Shown here piece by piece: positions 43,372-51,992 of a DNA stretch of 64,000 nucleotides. Origin of the DNA: Flavobacterium sp. GTDB lineage: Bacteria > Bacteroidota > Bacteroidia > Flavobacteriales > Flavobacteriaceae. Below the pieces are notes generated by a model. It did no database searches, was not told where the DNA came from, and saw only the letters and a list, made by a program, of their open reading frames with translations. The stretch covers positions 24,239-88,238 of the forward strand of contig NZ_DATDPV010000009.1 in assembly GCF_035292545.1 (NCBI RefSeq). The letters run 5' to 3'. Position numbers and translations under genes: made by a program. Positions within the stretch are counted from its first letter, which is position 1. The number at the start of each line of letters is the position of its first letter.

Positions 43372-44223
43372 ATGAATTACGAAAATATATATGAAGGTTT
43401 CTATTCAAAATATTATTCTAAAGCAGAAATTTTGATAAAAAATTTTTTCATCAAAAGACATAGCCAAAAGAGAACATTTGGAAATTCGATTAATGAGGTA
43501 AGATTTTATTTGAGTAATGATTTTATAAATAAGTACATTTTATACAATAATGAAAATTTACACCAATTTTTTTGTAAACGACACAGTATTTATTCCGTTG
43601 ATGAAGTACAAGAAGTTTTTGAAAATGAGATAAAAATTGAATTTGATAAAATTAATGCTTTGGATCTTCCTGCCGATTACAATTATCCAAAATTTATTAA
43701 AGAGATCGCATTAATTGAAGTTAAAAACGAAATTTCAAGATTGCTTTCAAATAATTCAGATTTACTTGTAATGTTCTTTAAATTAAACGAATTTGATGAT
43801 TTCGAAATCAGGGAACATAGAGGCTTATCAGTGGAGGATTACCCAATTTACAAAAAATTGAAGTCAAAATTATATCCTGAAAATTATGCAAATTTTATTG
43901 AAAATAATGATTTCAAAGTACTAGAATTCGAAGTGATAGATTTGAACAATACGACAGCAACTGAAAAAATTATCTATTTGCAAAAGTTAGGAATTATTGA
44001 TTTTTTAAAAGCAAAACAGCCATTTCAATCATCAACTAATAGTTTAGCTACCGTTTTAAGTGCAATAATTGGAGAAAAAGCAACAACTATCCAACCAATG
44101 ATAAACCCCATCGTATCTAAAGATGTCGATTCCAAAAACAATCCTTTAAATTCTCGAAAAGCTGTTAATAGAGTAGAACAGCAACTTGTAAAAATGGGTT
44201 TCAATCTTAATGAAACGATTTAG
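43372..44223 (+). CDS. Hypothetical protein between integrase and excisionase
   Basis: 283 aa open frame; helical C-terminal region (IIYLQKLGIIDFL...LATVLSAII). Confidence 0.7.
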   Translation: MNYENIYEGFYSKYYSKAEILIKNFFIKRHSQKRTFGNSINEVRFYLSNDFINKYILYNNENLHQFFCKRHSIYSVDEVQEVFENEIKIEFDKINALDLPADYNYPKFIKEIALIEVKNEISRLLSNNSDLLVMFFKLNEFDDFEIREHRGLSVEDYPIYKKLKSKLYPENYANFIENNDFKVLEFEVIDLNNTTATEKIIYLQKLGIIDFLKAKQPFQSSTNSLATVLSAIIGEKATTIQPMINPIVSKDVDSKNNPLNSRKAVNRVEQQLVKMGFNLNETI

Positions 44224-44280
44224 GGAAACCCTAGAAAAAACCTAACTGCTATTTGTGTCTTAATATTAATAAGACACAAA

Positions 44281-44562
44281 ATGAACACACCAATTTTCTT
44301 AAACGGCATCACATTAGAGCAATTAGCTGAAGTACTTGCACCACTTTTGCAAGCTCAAATTTCACAACTTCAACAACCTGTAAAGGTAGAACCTGAAAAT
44401 GACTTAATTACTCGAAAACAAGTTTGCGCACTTTTGAGTATAAATTTCACAACTCTTTGGAAGCATACCAAATCGGGAAAATTGAAAAGTTTCGGAATTG
44501 GAAATCGGGTATTTTATTCAAAAATCCAAGTTTTAGAAGCCGTTAAACCTATTAACGGATAA
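44281..44562 (+). CDS. Excisionase-like helix-turn-helix protein (HTH_17/AlpA type)
   Basis: LITRKQVCALLSINFTTLWKHTKSGKLKSFGIGNRVFY. Confidence 0.88.
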   Translation: MNTPIFLNGITLEQLAEVLAPLLQAQISQLQQPVKVEPENDLITRKQVCALLSINFTTLWKHTKSGKLKSFGIGNRVFYSKIQVLEAVKPING

Positions 44563-44567
44563 CGGTT

Positions 44568-46964
44568 TTGGATTCGGCAAAACCAACAGCCTTGCCAAAA
44601 AACTATATTGCTGAAGGGATTAAATTAGACTTCTTTAATGATTCTAATTTAAAAACTGATATTCAAAATCGCATTTCGGTTACTATCGGAACAGACTTTA
44701 TAAAAGCTTTAAATTGTATTAAAGGTGATAGAGGAACGGGCGAAAACTTTTCAGAAATAACACGTTTGGCAATGGCTTATTTTTTCTCTGAAATCTTCAA
44801 GGATAAAATAAAGGATAGTTACTATTCATTAGAAATGGTAAAAGGGTTTTTAGATGCTAATAATCTAACATCGTACACAGCAATTCACGAACGGGATGTG
44901 AAATTTTATAAATTAAATGAAGCACCATTATTCAAACATTGTTGGTTAATTATTCAAAGTGCATGGTATTTTAATTCGCCACATTTTGGGCACCACCAAC
45001 ATATTGACTATGTAAATCACTATATAGCTACGGGCGAAAAGTTACCAATTGCACAATATAATTTTGATCCAATTTATTTGGAAAAAAAGTATAGTAATAT
45101 TGATGATATAAAAAACAAAAAAACACCCATAAACGGCTTTGCATTAGTTAGTCAATGGTATCATGGAATTTTATTTCTAGTATGTAAAGAATTGGGATTG
45201 TCAACAACAAATTTTGTCGTGTCAGACAAAGACAACAGAGAATTTAATCCTTTAACGAAGACGTCTCGACAATTGCGAAGTCTCGCTCCGTTCAAAATAA
45301 TAGAATGTGATATAAAAAGTGCATTCCCTACCTTTTTAGATGTTGAAACTGGCGCAAAATTAAAAGATCAAGTTTATAATAATTTGATGCAATCTAACAA
45401 GATAACAAGAGGTGAAGCAAAAGTGTTATTTAATACCGTTTGCAATAGTAGAGAGTATAAAAGCAAAGTAGAAACAATAACGTTTTTTTTAGCTTGTGGT
45501 TATACTCAAAAGCAATGTGAACATCTTGTAACACTAACTCACAGTCCTAAAGCGAAATTTTATTCGTTTATGACAGAGTATGAAAGTGCGGCAATAAAAC
45601 ATTTCGTTTTTAACAATGATTTAAAACATTATGGACGGTTGCACGATGCAGTATTGTTTATTGACAGTAAAATAAAACCAGCGCATCTTAAGGTAGATCC
45701 AAATTGCGATTTTGGATATAAGGAACTAAACCGACCCATTTATAAAGAAACTTTCAGTTTGTCAGACAAACGTTTGCCGTATGCTTATGTCAGGAGTGTT
45801 CCAAAGGGATTAAATTTGGTTATCAGACATGATGCAATAAAACCCGAAGTTAAGGGTGTAGCTAATGGTTTTGTTTTTTATAAAGAAAAGTTTCAATATA
45901 TTGATGCAAGTTTTAATATGAACGATTTTAGAATTGATTACAGCACGTTCCTTCTCAAAATTGAAACAATGTTGAGTACGTTACAGTTTTTGAATAATAG
46001 ACCTACAAAACCTGAACATGTGTATTTGATTCTGCAACATATTAGAGCACATAGTCAATATGTGTTTAATGTGAAAGCTGTGTATTTAAGAGTTGTAAAG
46101 TTTAAATATTTGCCCAAGCTTGTTGTCGTAAAAGAGCGCAATTATAATGTTCTTGTGCCTATGTTATTTAAAAAAATTAGAGATTATTCACAGGCACGGA
46201 ATGAAGCCGAAAAGATTGTAAATACGACTACTAATTATTATAATTTATTTTGTTTAATAAAGGAACGAATCATAAACAATGATTATAGTTATGTGGACGA
46301 ATTAATTATAAATGGTAAAAAGGTAAACAATGTTTTGATTTATGTAATAATCAGCAAATTCAATTTGTTATGTACTGGTTTAGAGAGAAAGCCACGTAAA
46401 AGAGTTAGTGGAGACCCTCTTTATAATAGCAGTATAAAGAGGGTAACTCTTAACGGTTTTACGTTGAATACTAAAATTCAAAATGCAGTTACACAACGTA
46501 CAGTTATAAAATATGAGCGGGAGTTAAAAGAGTATAACCGATTGATAAATAATCGACAAATTGCACAACAATTGTTTTTAATCCTTTGCGATGTTGCTGG
46601 TCAAAAACATAATCTAAAAATAGATGAAAATATTGAGATCCAAAACCAATTGAAAACTGAACTAATTGCAATGATTGACAAAAAAGAGGTTTCTGATTTT
46701 CAAATAGGAGCAATTGAGTTTGACAAACGATTTAAATCAAATACCAAAAAAGAATTACCGATCATTTCAGATTTGAAGAATGTTTTTGATACGGATTTTA
46801 AAAATTCTATTTTTAATCAAATATCAATTGAGGAAGCATATAATAGAGGAGACGTTTTTTTTAAGGAATACTTAAACTTTCACGATAAAGATCAAAGAAA
46901 AGAAAAGATTATTCCAGTAAAAAAAATTAAAGAAGTTTTTAATTTTCCGGAACTTTCTTTTTAA
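44568..46964 (+). CDS. Large hypothetical protein with family-A-polymerase-like palm/finger motifs
   Basis: D248 in DIKSAFP, R281-x3-K285 in RGEAKVLFN, H359-D360 in RLHDAVLF. Start codon uncertain (TTG). Confidence 0.6.
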   Translation: MDSAKPTALPKNYIAEGIKLDFFNDSNLKTDIQNRISVTIGTDFIKALNCIKGDRGTGENFSEITRLAMAYFFSEIFKDKIKDSYYSLEMVKGFLDANNLTSYTAIHERDVKFYKLNEAPLFKHCWLIIQSAWYFNSPHFGHHQHIDYVNHYIATGEKLPIAQYNFDPIYLEKKYSNIDDIKNKKTPINGFALVSQWYHGILFLVCKELGLSTTNFVVSDKDNREFNPLTKTSRQLRSLAPFKIIECDIKSAFPTFLDVETGAKLKDQVYNNLMQSNKITRGEAKVLFNTVCNSREYKSKVETITFFLACGYTQKQCEHLVTLTHSPKAKFYSFMTEYESAAIKHFVFNNDLKHYGRLHDAVLFIDSKIKPAHLKVDPNCDFGYKELNRPIYKETFSLSDKRLPYAYVRSVPKGLNLVIRHDAIKPEVKGVANGFVFYKEKFQYIDASFNMNDFRIDYSTFLLKIETMLSTLQFLNNRPTKPEHVYLILQHIRAHSQYVFNVKAVYLRVVKFKYLPKLVVVKERNYNVLVPMLFKKIRDYSQARNEAEKIVNTTTNYYNLFCLIKERIINNDYSYVDELIINGKKVNNVLIYVIISKFNLLCTGLERKPRKRVSGDPLYNSSIKRVTLNGFTLNTKIQNAVTQRTVIKYERELKEYNRLINNRQIAQQLFLILCDVAGQKHNLKIDENIEIQNQLKTELIAMIDKKEVSDFQIGAIEFDKRFKSNTKKELPIISDLKNVFDTDFKNSIFNQISIEEAYNRGDVFFKEYLNFHDKDQRKEKIIPVKKIKEVFNFPELSF

Positions 46965-47048
46965 TAAAGATAAAATTTTTTCAAAAGAATTATAGCTTCT
47001 ATTTTGCGTAACAAAAGGTTTTATTTTTAGATTTTTTTTCACAAAGGG

Positions 47049-47190
47049 TATTGCAAAAGCTTTGCAAAGGTTTTGCAAAAAGTGTTGTGAAACCTTTGCA
47101 AGTATAATAAAGATAGAGAAATCAATGGATAGTGTACAAAATATCAACAAATAGTTTTGCAATCCTTCTATTGCAATCCTTCCATTGACT
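47049..47190. repeat. TTGCAA-rich repeat block (left part of the array)
   Basis: TTGCAA at 47051, 47062, 47073 (11-bp period), 47096, 47157, 47171; shares GAGAAATCAAT-N28-TTTTGCAA with 49087-49133. Confidence 0.75.
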
Positions 47191-47203
47191 ACATTTTTCT
47201 CGC

Positions 47204-47278
47204 TATAGCAGTAAAAAAAATATTTTTTCCTATTTTAGTTTAGCAAAATAAATAAAACAGTCTATTTTTACTGCTATA
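47204..47278. promoter_or_regulatory. 14-bp inverted repeat upstream of hipB (candidate operator)
   Basis: TATAGCAGTAAAAA (47204-47217) / TTTTTACTGCTATA (47265-47278). Confidence 0.55.
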
Positions 47279-47359
47279 ATGGTAATAATAGGTTGTTTTA
47301 TTTAAAATCACTTGTTTATATTGATTAATAAGTCTAAATTTACTGCTTAAACAGTAATT

Positions 47360-47569
47360 ATGAATGATTTTAATTTAGGGGACTTTATCAAAACGCATAG
47401 AAAAAAAGCGGGGCTAACACAATTGGAACTGGCAAACTTAGCGGGTATCGGTAAAACTACCGTATTTGATTTAGAAAAAAATAAAGAAACGGTTAAGTGG
47501 AATAATCTAAAATCCATACTGAATGTTTTAAATATTGAAGTTCAATTTATAAGTCCTTTAAATAAATAA
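47360..47569 (+). CDS. hipB: XRE-family HTH protein, HipB-like
   Basis: RKKAGLTQLELANLAGIGKTTVFDLEK; first gene of a tight three-gene operon. Confidence 0.85.
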   Translation: MNDFNLGDFIKTHRKKAGLTQLELANLAGIGKTTVFDLEKNKETVKWNNLKSILNVLNIEVQFISPLNK

Positions 47570-47571
47570 GT

Positions 47572-47886
47572 ATGAGAAAAGCTATTGTTTATGTCCATAA
47601 TAATAGGGCTGGTGAATTGATAGAGGAAGAGTTGGGACACTATACTTTTAAATATGATCCCGACTATAATTTAGAACCTGTTTCTCTGACAATGCCTGTT
47701 CATCAAAAAGTGTATTCCTTTAATCATTTCCCACCTTTTTTTGAAGGATTATTGCCCGAAGGTATCATGCTGGAAGGACTTTTGAAAATCAATAAATTTG
47801 ATAAAAAAGATTATTTATCACAATTAATTGCAACTGGAAATGATTTGGTAGGTGCTGTAACTGTTAAAGCTGATAGTCATGAATAG
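47572..47886 (+). CDS. hipS: HipA N-terminal-domain protein, HipS-like antitoxin
   Basis: AGEL..., FKYD..Y, VSLTMP, PPFFEGLLPEG, DLVGAV. Confidence 0.85.
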   Translation: MRKAIVYVHNNRAGELIEEELGHYTFKYDPDYNLEPVSLTMPVHQKVYSFNHFPPFFEGLLPEGIMLEGLLKINKFDKKDYLSQLIATGNDLVGAVTVKADSHE

Positions 47887-48802
47887 ATGCCCTATATCCT
47901 ATGCACTTTGTGGTAATGATAAATACAGTATTGAAGGATTACGAATGCTATCCCCAAAACTAACTGCAATTCAGGATTTGCCATTTTCAGCATCAGAACA
48001 AAGACAAGAAGCTGCAAACAGAGCCAGTAAATTATCTATCCAAGGCGTTCAACCTAAATTGAGTGCTATTTTATCTATTGCAAACAATCAATTTGAAATT
48101 GTGGATCAGTTTGGAAATTATATTATCAAACCACAAAATGATTTATTTCCAGAATTGCCCGAAAATGAAGATGTAACAATGCGTATGGCAAAAGTGTATG
48201 GAATTGACGTTCCTCTTCATGGATTAATTTATTCTAAAGACAATTCTAAATCCTATTTCATCAAACGATTTGACCGACATGGAAAAGGCAAAAAATATGC
48301 TACAGAAGATTTTACACAATTGACAGGAAATTCAAGAGATACAAAATACAATTACAGCATGGAAAAAGTAGTCCAAGTTTTAGAGGATTACTGTACTTTT
48401 CCAGTCCTAGAAAAAGCTGAATTTTTCAAAAGGATTTTATTTTGTTTTGTGACTGGCAATGAAGACATGCATCTTAAAAATTTTTCATTGATTACAAAAT
48501 CTGGTAAAACAACATTAACTCCCGCTTATGATTTCCTAAATTCATCTATTGCAGTCAAAAATCCACAAGAAGAAATGGCATTAACGCTTAAAGGAAAGAA
48601 AAGCAATTTTAAGAATACCGACTTGATCGATTATTTTGCCAAAGAAAGATTGCAATTGAATGACAAGACAATTGATAAAATAGTAAACGACCTATTTAAA
48701 ACTGCTCCAAAATGGACGGAATTAATTGAGATCTCTTTTTTGTCTGCCACTATGAAAGAAAAGTATTTTAGCTTAATGAAAGAACGGTTGAGTAGATTTT
48801 AA
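47879..48802 (+). CDS. hipT: HipA C-terminal-domain Ser/Thr kinase, HipT-like toxin
   Basis: N-terminal CPIS motif, SIQGVQPK loop, RFDR, GNEDMHLKNFS, PAYD. Confidence 0.9.
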   Translation: MNRCPISYALCGNDKYSIEGLRMLSPKLTAIQDLPFSASEQRQEAANRASKLSIQGVQPKLSAILSIANNQFEIVDQFGNYIIKPQNDLFPELPENEDVTMRMAKVYGIDVPLHGLIYSKDNSKSYFIKRFDRHGKGKKYATEDFTQLTGNSRDTKYNYSMEKVVQVLEDYCTFPVLEKAEFFKRILFCFVTGNEDMHLKNFSLITKSGKTTLTPAYDFLNSSIAVKNPQEEMALTLKGKKSNFKNTDLIDYFAKERLQLNDKTIDKIVNDLFKTAPKWTELIEISFLSATMKEKYFSLMKERLSRF

Positions 48803-48903
48803 AATTCGAAAAATAATTATCATTGAATATATTTTATAGAAAAAAATAATAAAATTTATTGTTGACAATCTGTTAAACGACTGTTACAAAAAAACCTAGG
48901 AAT

Positions 48904-49262
48904 CAAAGGTTTTGCAAAACCTACATTGCAAAATTATTCTTTAGCATTGCATTACCTCTTTTCAACTTCAACAAGTGTTCATGGAGATTGATAAATCAAT
49001 TGAGCGTGCAAAAGTGCTTTTGCAAGACCTCCATTGCAAAATTATTCGTTGATATTGCAATGCTTTTGTAACATCATTGTAATTGAGAGAAATCAATAAA
49101 TTGTATTAAAAATATATAAAAACTCTTTTGCAAAACCACCCTTGCAAAATTATTCTTTAACATTGCAATACCATTTCAACCATCATTAAGTATAGAAATA
49201 TAATTAAGTTTTATATGTTAAATCAAAAACACTTTTGCAAAACGATTTGTAAAAGTGTTTTT
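48904..49262. repeat. Tandem array of 108-bp-period units with conserved TTGCAA heads
   Basis: TTTTGCAA starts at 48910, 49018, 49126, 49233; TTGCAAAATTATTC at 48926, 49034, 49142; ends in a 17-bp hairpin 49225-49262. Confidence 0.85.
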
Positions 49263-49426
49263 TAATGTCAATATAAATTCTTACAAAAGATAAAATTATG
49301 ATTCTTTAAAATATTTTTATAGAAATGTTTCTATTTACGGCTTTCCTCAACATACTTGATGAAATAATCTTTACTTTAGCAATCGAATTATTTAATTTCA
49401 ATTAAAGAAATAATTATTTAAAATTA

Positions 49427-51955
49427 ATGAAAAATGAAGCTCATGCAAGAATCAAAATAAACCAACTACTTTCTGAAGCAGGATGGAGATTCTTTGATAA
49501 TGAGCTAGGAAGGGCTAATATTTTATTAGAAAATCATGTGAAAATCACCCAAACAGAAATAGATGCTTGGGGTAGTGACTTTGAAAAAACTAAGAGTGGT
49601 TCTCTCGATTTTCTACTTGTTGATACAAATAACAAACCCATTTGTGTTTTAGAAGCCAAAAAAGAGAGTTTACATCCATTAGTAGCTAAAGAACAGGCAA
49701 GAAAGTATGCAAATGCAGTGGATGCTCAATATATCATTTTATCGAATGGTATTGTTCATTATTTATGGGATTTAAAAAAGGGAAATCCCAAACCCATTTA
49801 TAAATACCCTTCTCCTACCGAAATTGGGGCTATTAAAGACTGGAATCCAGACAGAGTAGAATTAGCCAGTGAAGTTGTTAGTATTGATTATATTGCTTCA
49901 GTACAAATGCCAGACTATGCCGAAAGACCTAGTTGGAATGGGACAGTGGAGAGTAGTACTGATTTTATTTGGAACAATAAGCTTCGCTTTTTACGCTATT
50001 ATCAATTAAAGGCTGTTCAAAAATTGCAAGAAGCTGTTGCCAATGGTAAAGATCGATTTCTTTTTGAAATGGCTACTGGAACGGGTAAAACTCTAACAGC
50101 TGCTGCGGTTATCAAATTATTTTTACGTACCAAAAATGCGAAAAAAGTTTTATTTTTAGTTGATAGAATAGAATTAGAAGATCAAGCTTACAAAGATTTT
50201 ACCAATTATTTAAAGCCAGATTATACCACTTATATATACAAAGAACATAGAACTGATTGGCATAAAGCAGAAATTGTCGTTACTACTATTCAATCATTGC
50301 TTTTTAATAATAAGTATCGTGATTTGTTTACTCCTACTGATTTTGATTTATTAATTTCTGACGAATCGCATCGTTCTGTTTCTGGAAACTCGAGAGCAGT
50401 TTTTGAATATTTTAATGGCTATAAATTAGGATTAACGGCTACACCAAAAGATTATTTGAAAGGTGTAGATATTGATAAAATAAAAGAAAATGACCCGAGA
50501 GAAATTGAACGTAGAATGCTTCGGGATACTTACAATACTTTTGGGTGTGATAATGGTCAACCTACTTTTAGATATACTTTATTACAAGGGGTTAAAGATG
50601 ATTTTTTAAGAAACCCCATCACGATAGATGCTCGCACAGAAATTACTACACAATTACTTTCAGATCAGGGTTATGCCGTAATTAGGCAAACGGAAGAAGG
50701 TGAAGAATCGGAAATTTTTGTTTCAAGAGATTTTGAAAAAAAATTCTTTTCTGATAAAACTAATGCTATTTTTTGCAAAACATATTTAGAAAAAGCATTG
50801 CGTGATCCAATAACTAACGAAATAGGTAAAACAATCATTTTTGCGGTAAGCCAAAATCATGCAAGACGATTGACCGAAATTTTAAACGAATTTGCTGAGA
50901 AATTATTTCCAAATAAGTACAATTCCGATTTTGCAGTTCAAGTAACTTCACAGGTTACTGATGCACAACAAATGACCATTAATTTTTCTAATGATAATTT
51001 AAATGGAAAAACTAATTGGCTAGAAGGTTATAAATCAAGTAAAACTCGTATTTGCATAACAGTTGGAATGATGACAACAGGTTATGATTGTTCTGATTTA
51101 TTAAATATTTGTTTAATGCGTCCCGTTTTTAGTCCATCCGATTTTGTTCAGATTAAAGGTCGTGGCACCCGTAAACATACGTTTACCTTTAAATCTAAAA
51201 ACGAATTGAATGAAGAGGAAATAATACAAAAGGATAAGAAGAACTTTAAATTATTTGATTTTTTTGCCAACTGTGAATATTTTGAAGAGAAATTTGACTA
51301 TGATGAGGTTTTAATTCTACCAAAAACTGGGGAAGGTAAAACTGATAATTCTGGTGGAAATTCTAAAATAAAAAAATATACTAGTGAAATTATAGATCCT
51401 TTATTAGTAATGGAGGAGAAGGAAATAGGTCTTGATGGCATGAAGATTGACCGCATGCTTTATCGTGATTTTGAAAATAGAATTATAATGGACGACATTA
51501 TTAAAAAGAATGTTGAATTAGGTAATTGGGAACTAATAGTGAGTCATATTCAAAATGAAATTCTTGACAAACCCAATGAATATTTTAATATGGAAAAATT
51601 GCGGAAAGCTGCTAAAATAGATCGTAAAGTTTCCATACGTGAAATGGTAGAAAAAATATTTGGTATTATACCTAAATTCAAATCAAAAGACGAAATGCTT
51701 GATGAAGAATTTGATAAATTCATTTCTATCTATCCCCCGGAAGAAGATGTAAATATTAGAGCATTACAATATTTCTTCAAAGCTTACATTGTTGACCAAG
51801 ATATTAGGAAAATAATTGAAACTAAAGATTTTCAAGCCTTACAAACTAATCCTACTTTAACAATAACTCAATTTAAAGAAGTAGCAGCTAAATACAGAGA
51901 AGTAATTCCAGTATATATTAAAGATTATATTAAACTAGAGAATTTTGCAGCATAA
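49427..51955 (+). CDS. hsdR: Type I restriction endonuclease subunit R (EcoEI-like)
   Basis: D..L...EAKK nuclease motif, MATGTGKT, DESH, LTATP, MMTTGYD, QIKGRGTR. Confidence 0.92.
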   Translation: MKNEAHARIKINQLLSEAGWRFFDNELGRANILLENHVKITQTEIDAWGSDFEKTKSGSLDFLLVDTNNKPICVLEAKKESLHPLVAKEQARKYANAVDAQYIILSNGIVHYLWDLKKGNPKPIYKYPSPTEIGAIKDWNPDRVELASEVVSIDYIASVQMPDYAERPSWNGTVESSTDFIWNNKLRFLRYYQLKAVQKLQEAVANGKDRFLFEMATGTGKTLTAAAVIKLFLRTKNAKKVLFLVDRIELEDQAYKDFTNYLKPDYTTYIYKEHRTDWHKAEIVVTTIQSLLFNNKYRDLFTPTDFDLLISDESHRSVSGNSRAVFEYFNGYKLGLTATPKDYLKGVDIDKIKENDPREIERRMLRDTYNTFGCDNGQPTFRYTLLQGVKDDFLRNPITIDARTEITTQLLSDQGYAVIRQTEEGEESEIFVSRDFEKKFFSDKTNAIFCKTYLEKALRDPITNEIGKTIIFAVSQNHARRLTEILNEFAEKLFPNKYNSDFAVQVTSQVTDAQQMTINFSNDNLNGKTNWLEGYKSSKTRICITVGMMTTGYDCSDLLNICLMRPVFSPSDFVQIKGRGTRKHTFTFKSKNELNEEEIIQKDKKNFKLFDFFANCEYFEEKFDYDEVLILPKTGEGKTDNSGGNSKIKKYTSEIIDPLLVMEEKEIGLDGMKIDRMLYRDFENRIIMDDIIKKNVELGNWELIVSHIQNEILDKPNEYFNMEKLRKAAKIDRKVSIREMVEKIFGIIPKFKSKDEMLDEEFDKFISIYPPEEDVNIRALQYFFKAYIVDQDIRKIIETKDFQALQTNPTLTITQFKEVAAKYREVIPVYIKDYIKLENFAA

Positions 51956-51992
51956 TTTTAAAATTAAATAATACATACCCATAATAAAGATA

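Noticed and set aside
46872-47162. 96-aa minus-strand ORF over the left repeat block
   Set aside because: Overlaps the end of the 798-aa gene, has low complexity and no motif; likely a by-product of the AT-rich repeats
48911-49190. Repeat heads translate as FA(K/R)PxLQNYSLxL(Q/H) with several synonymous-looking changes
   Set aside because: Each unit has an in-frame stop shortly upstream and no ATG, so a peptide array is unsupported; ribosome profiling would be needed to revisit this
48904-49262. CRISPR array interpretation of the 108-bp repeats
   Set aside because: Heads are degenerate, the variable parts are about 65-70 bp and partly similar to one another, and no cas genes are visible
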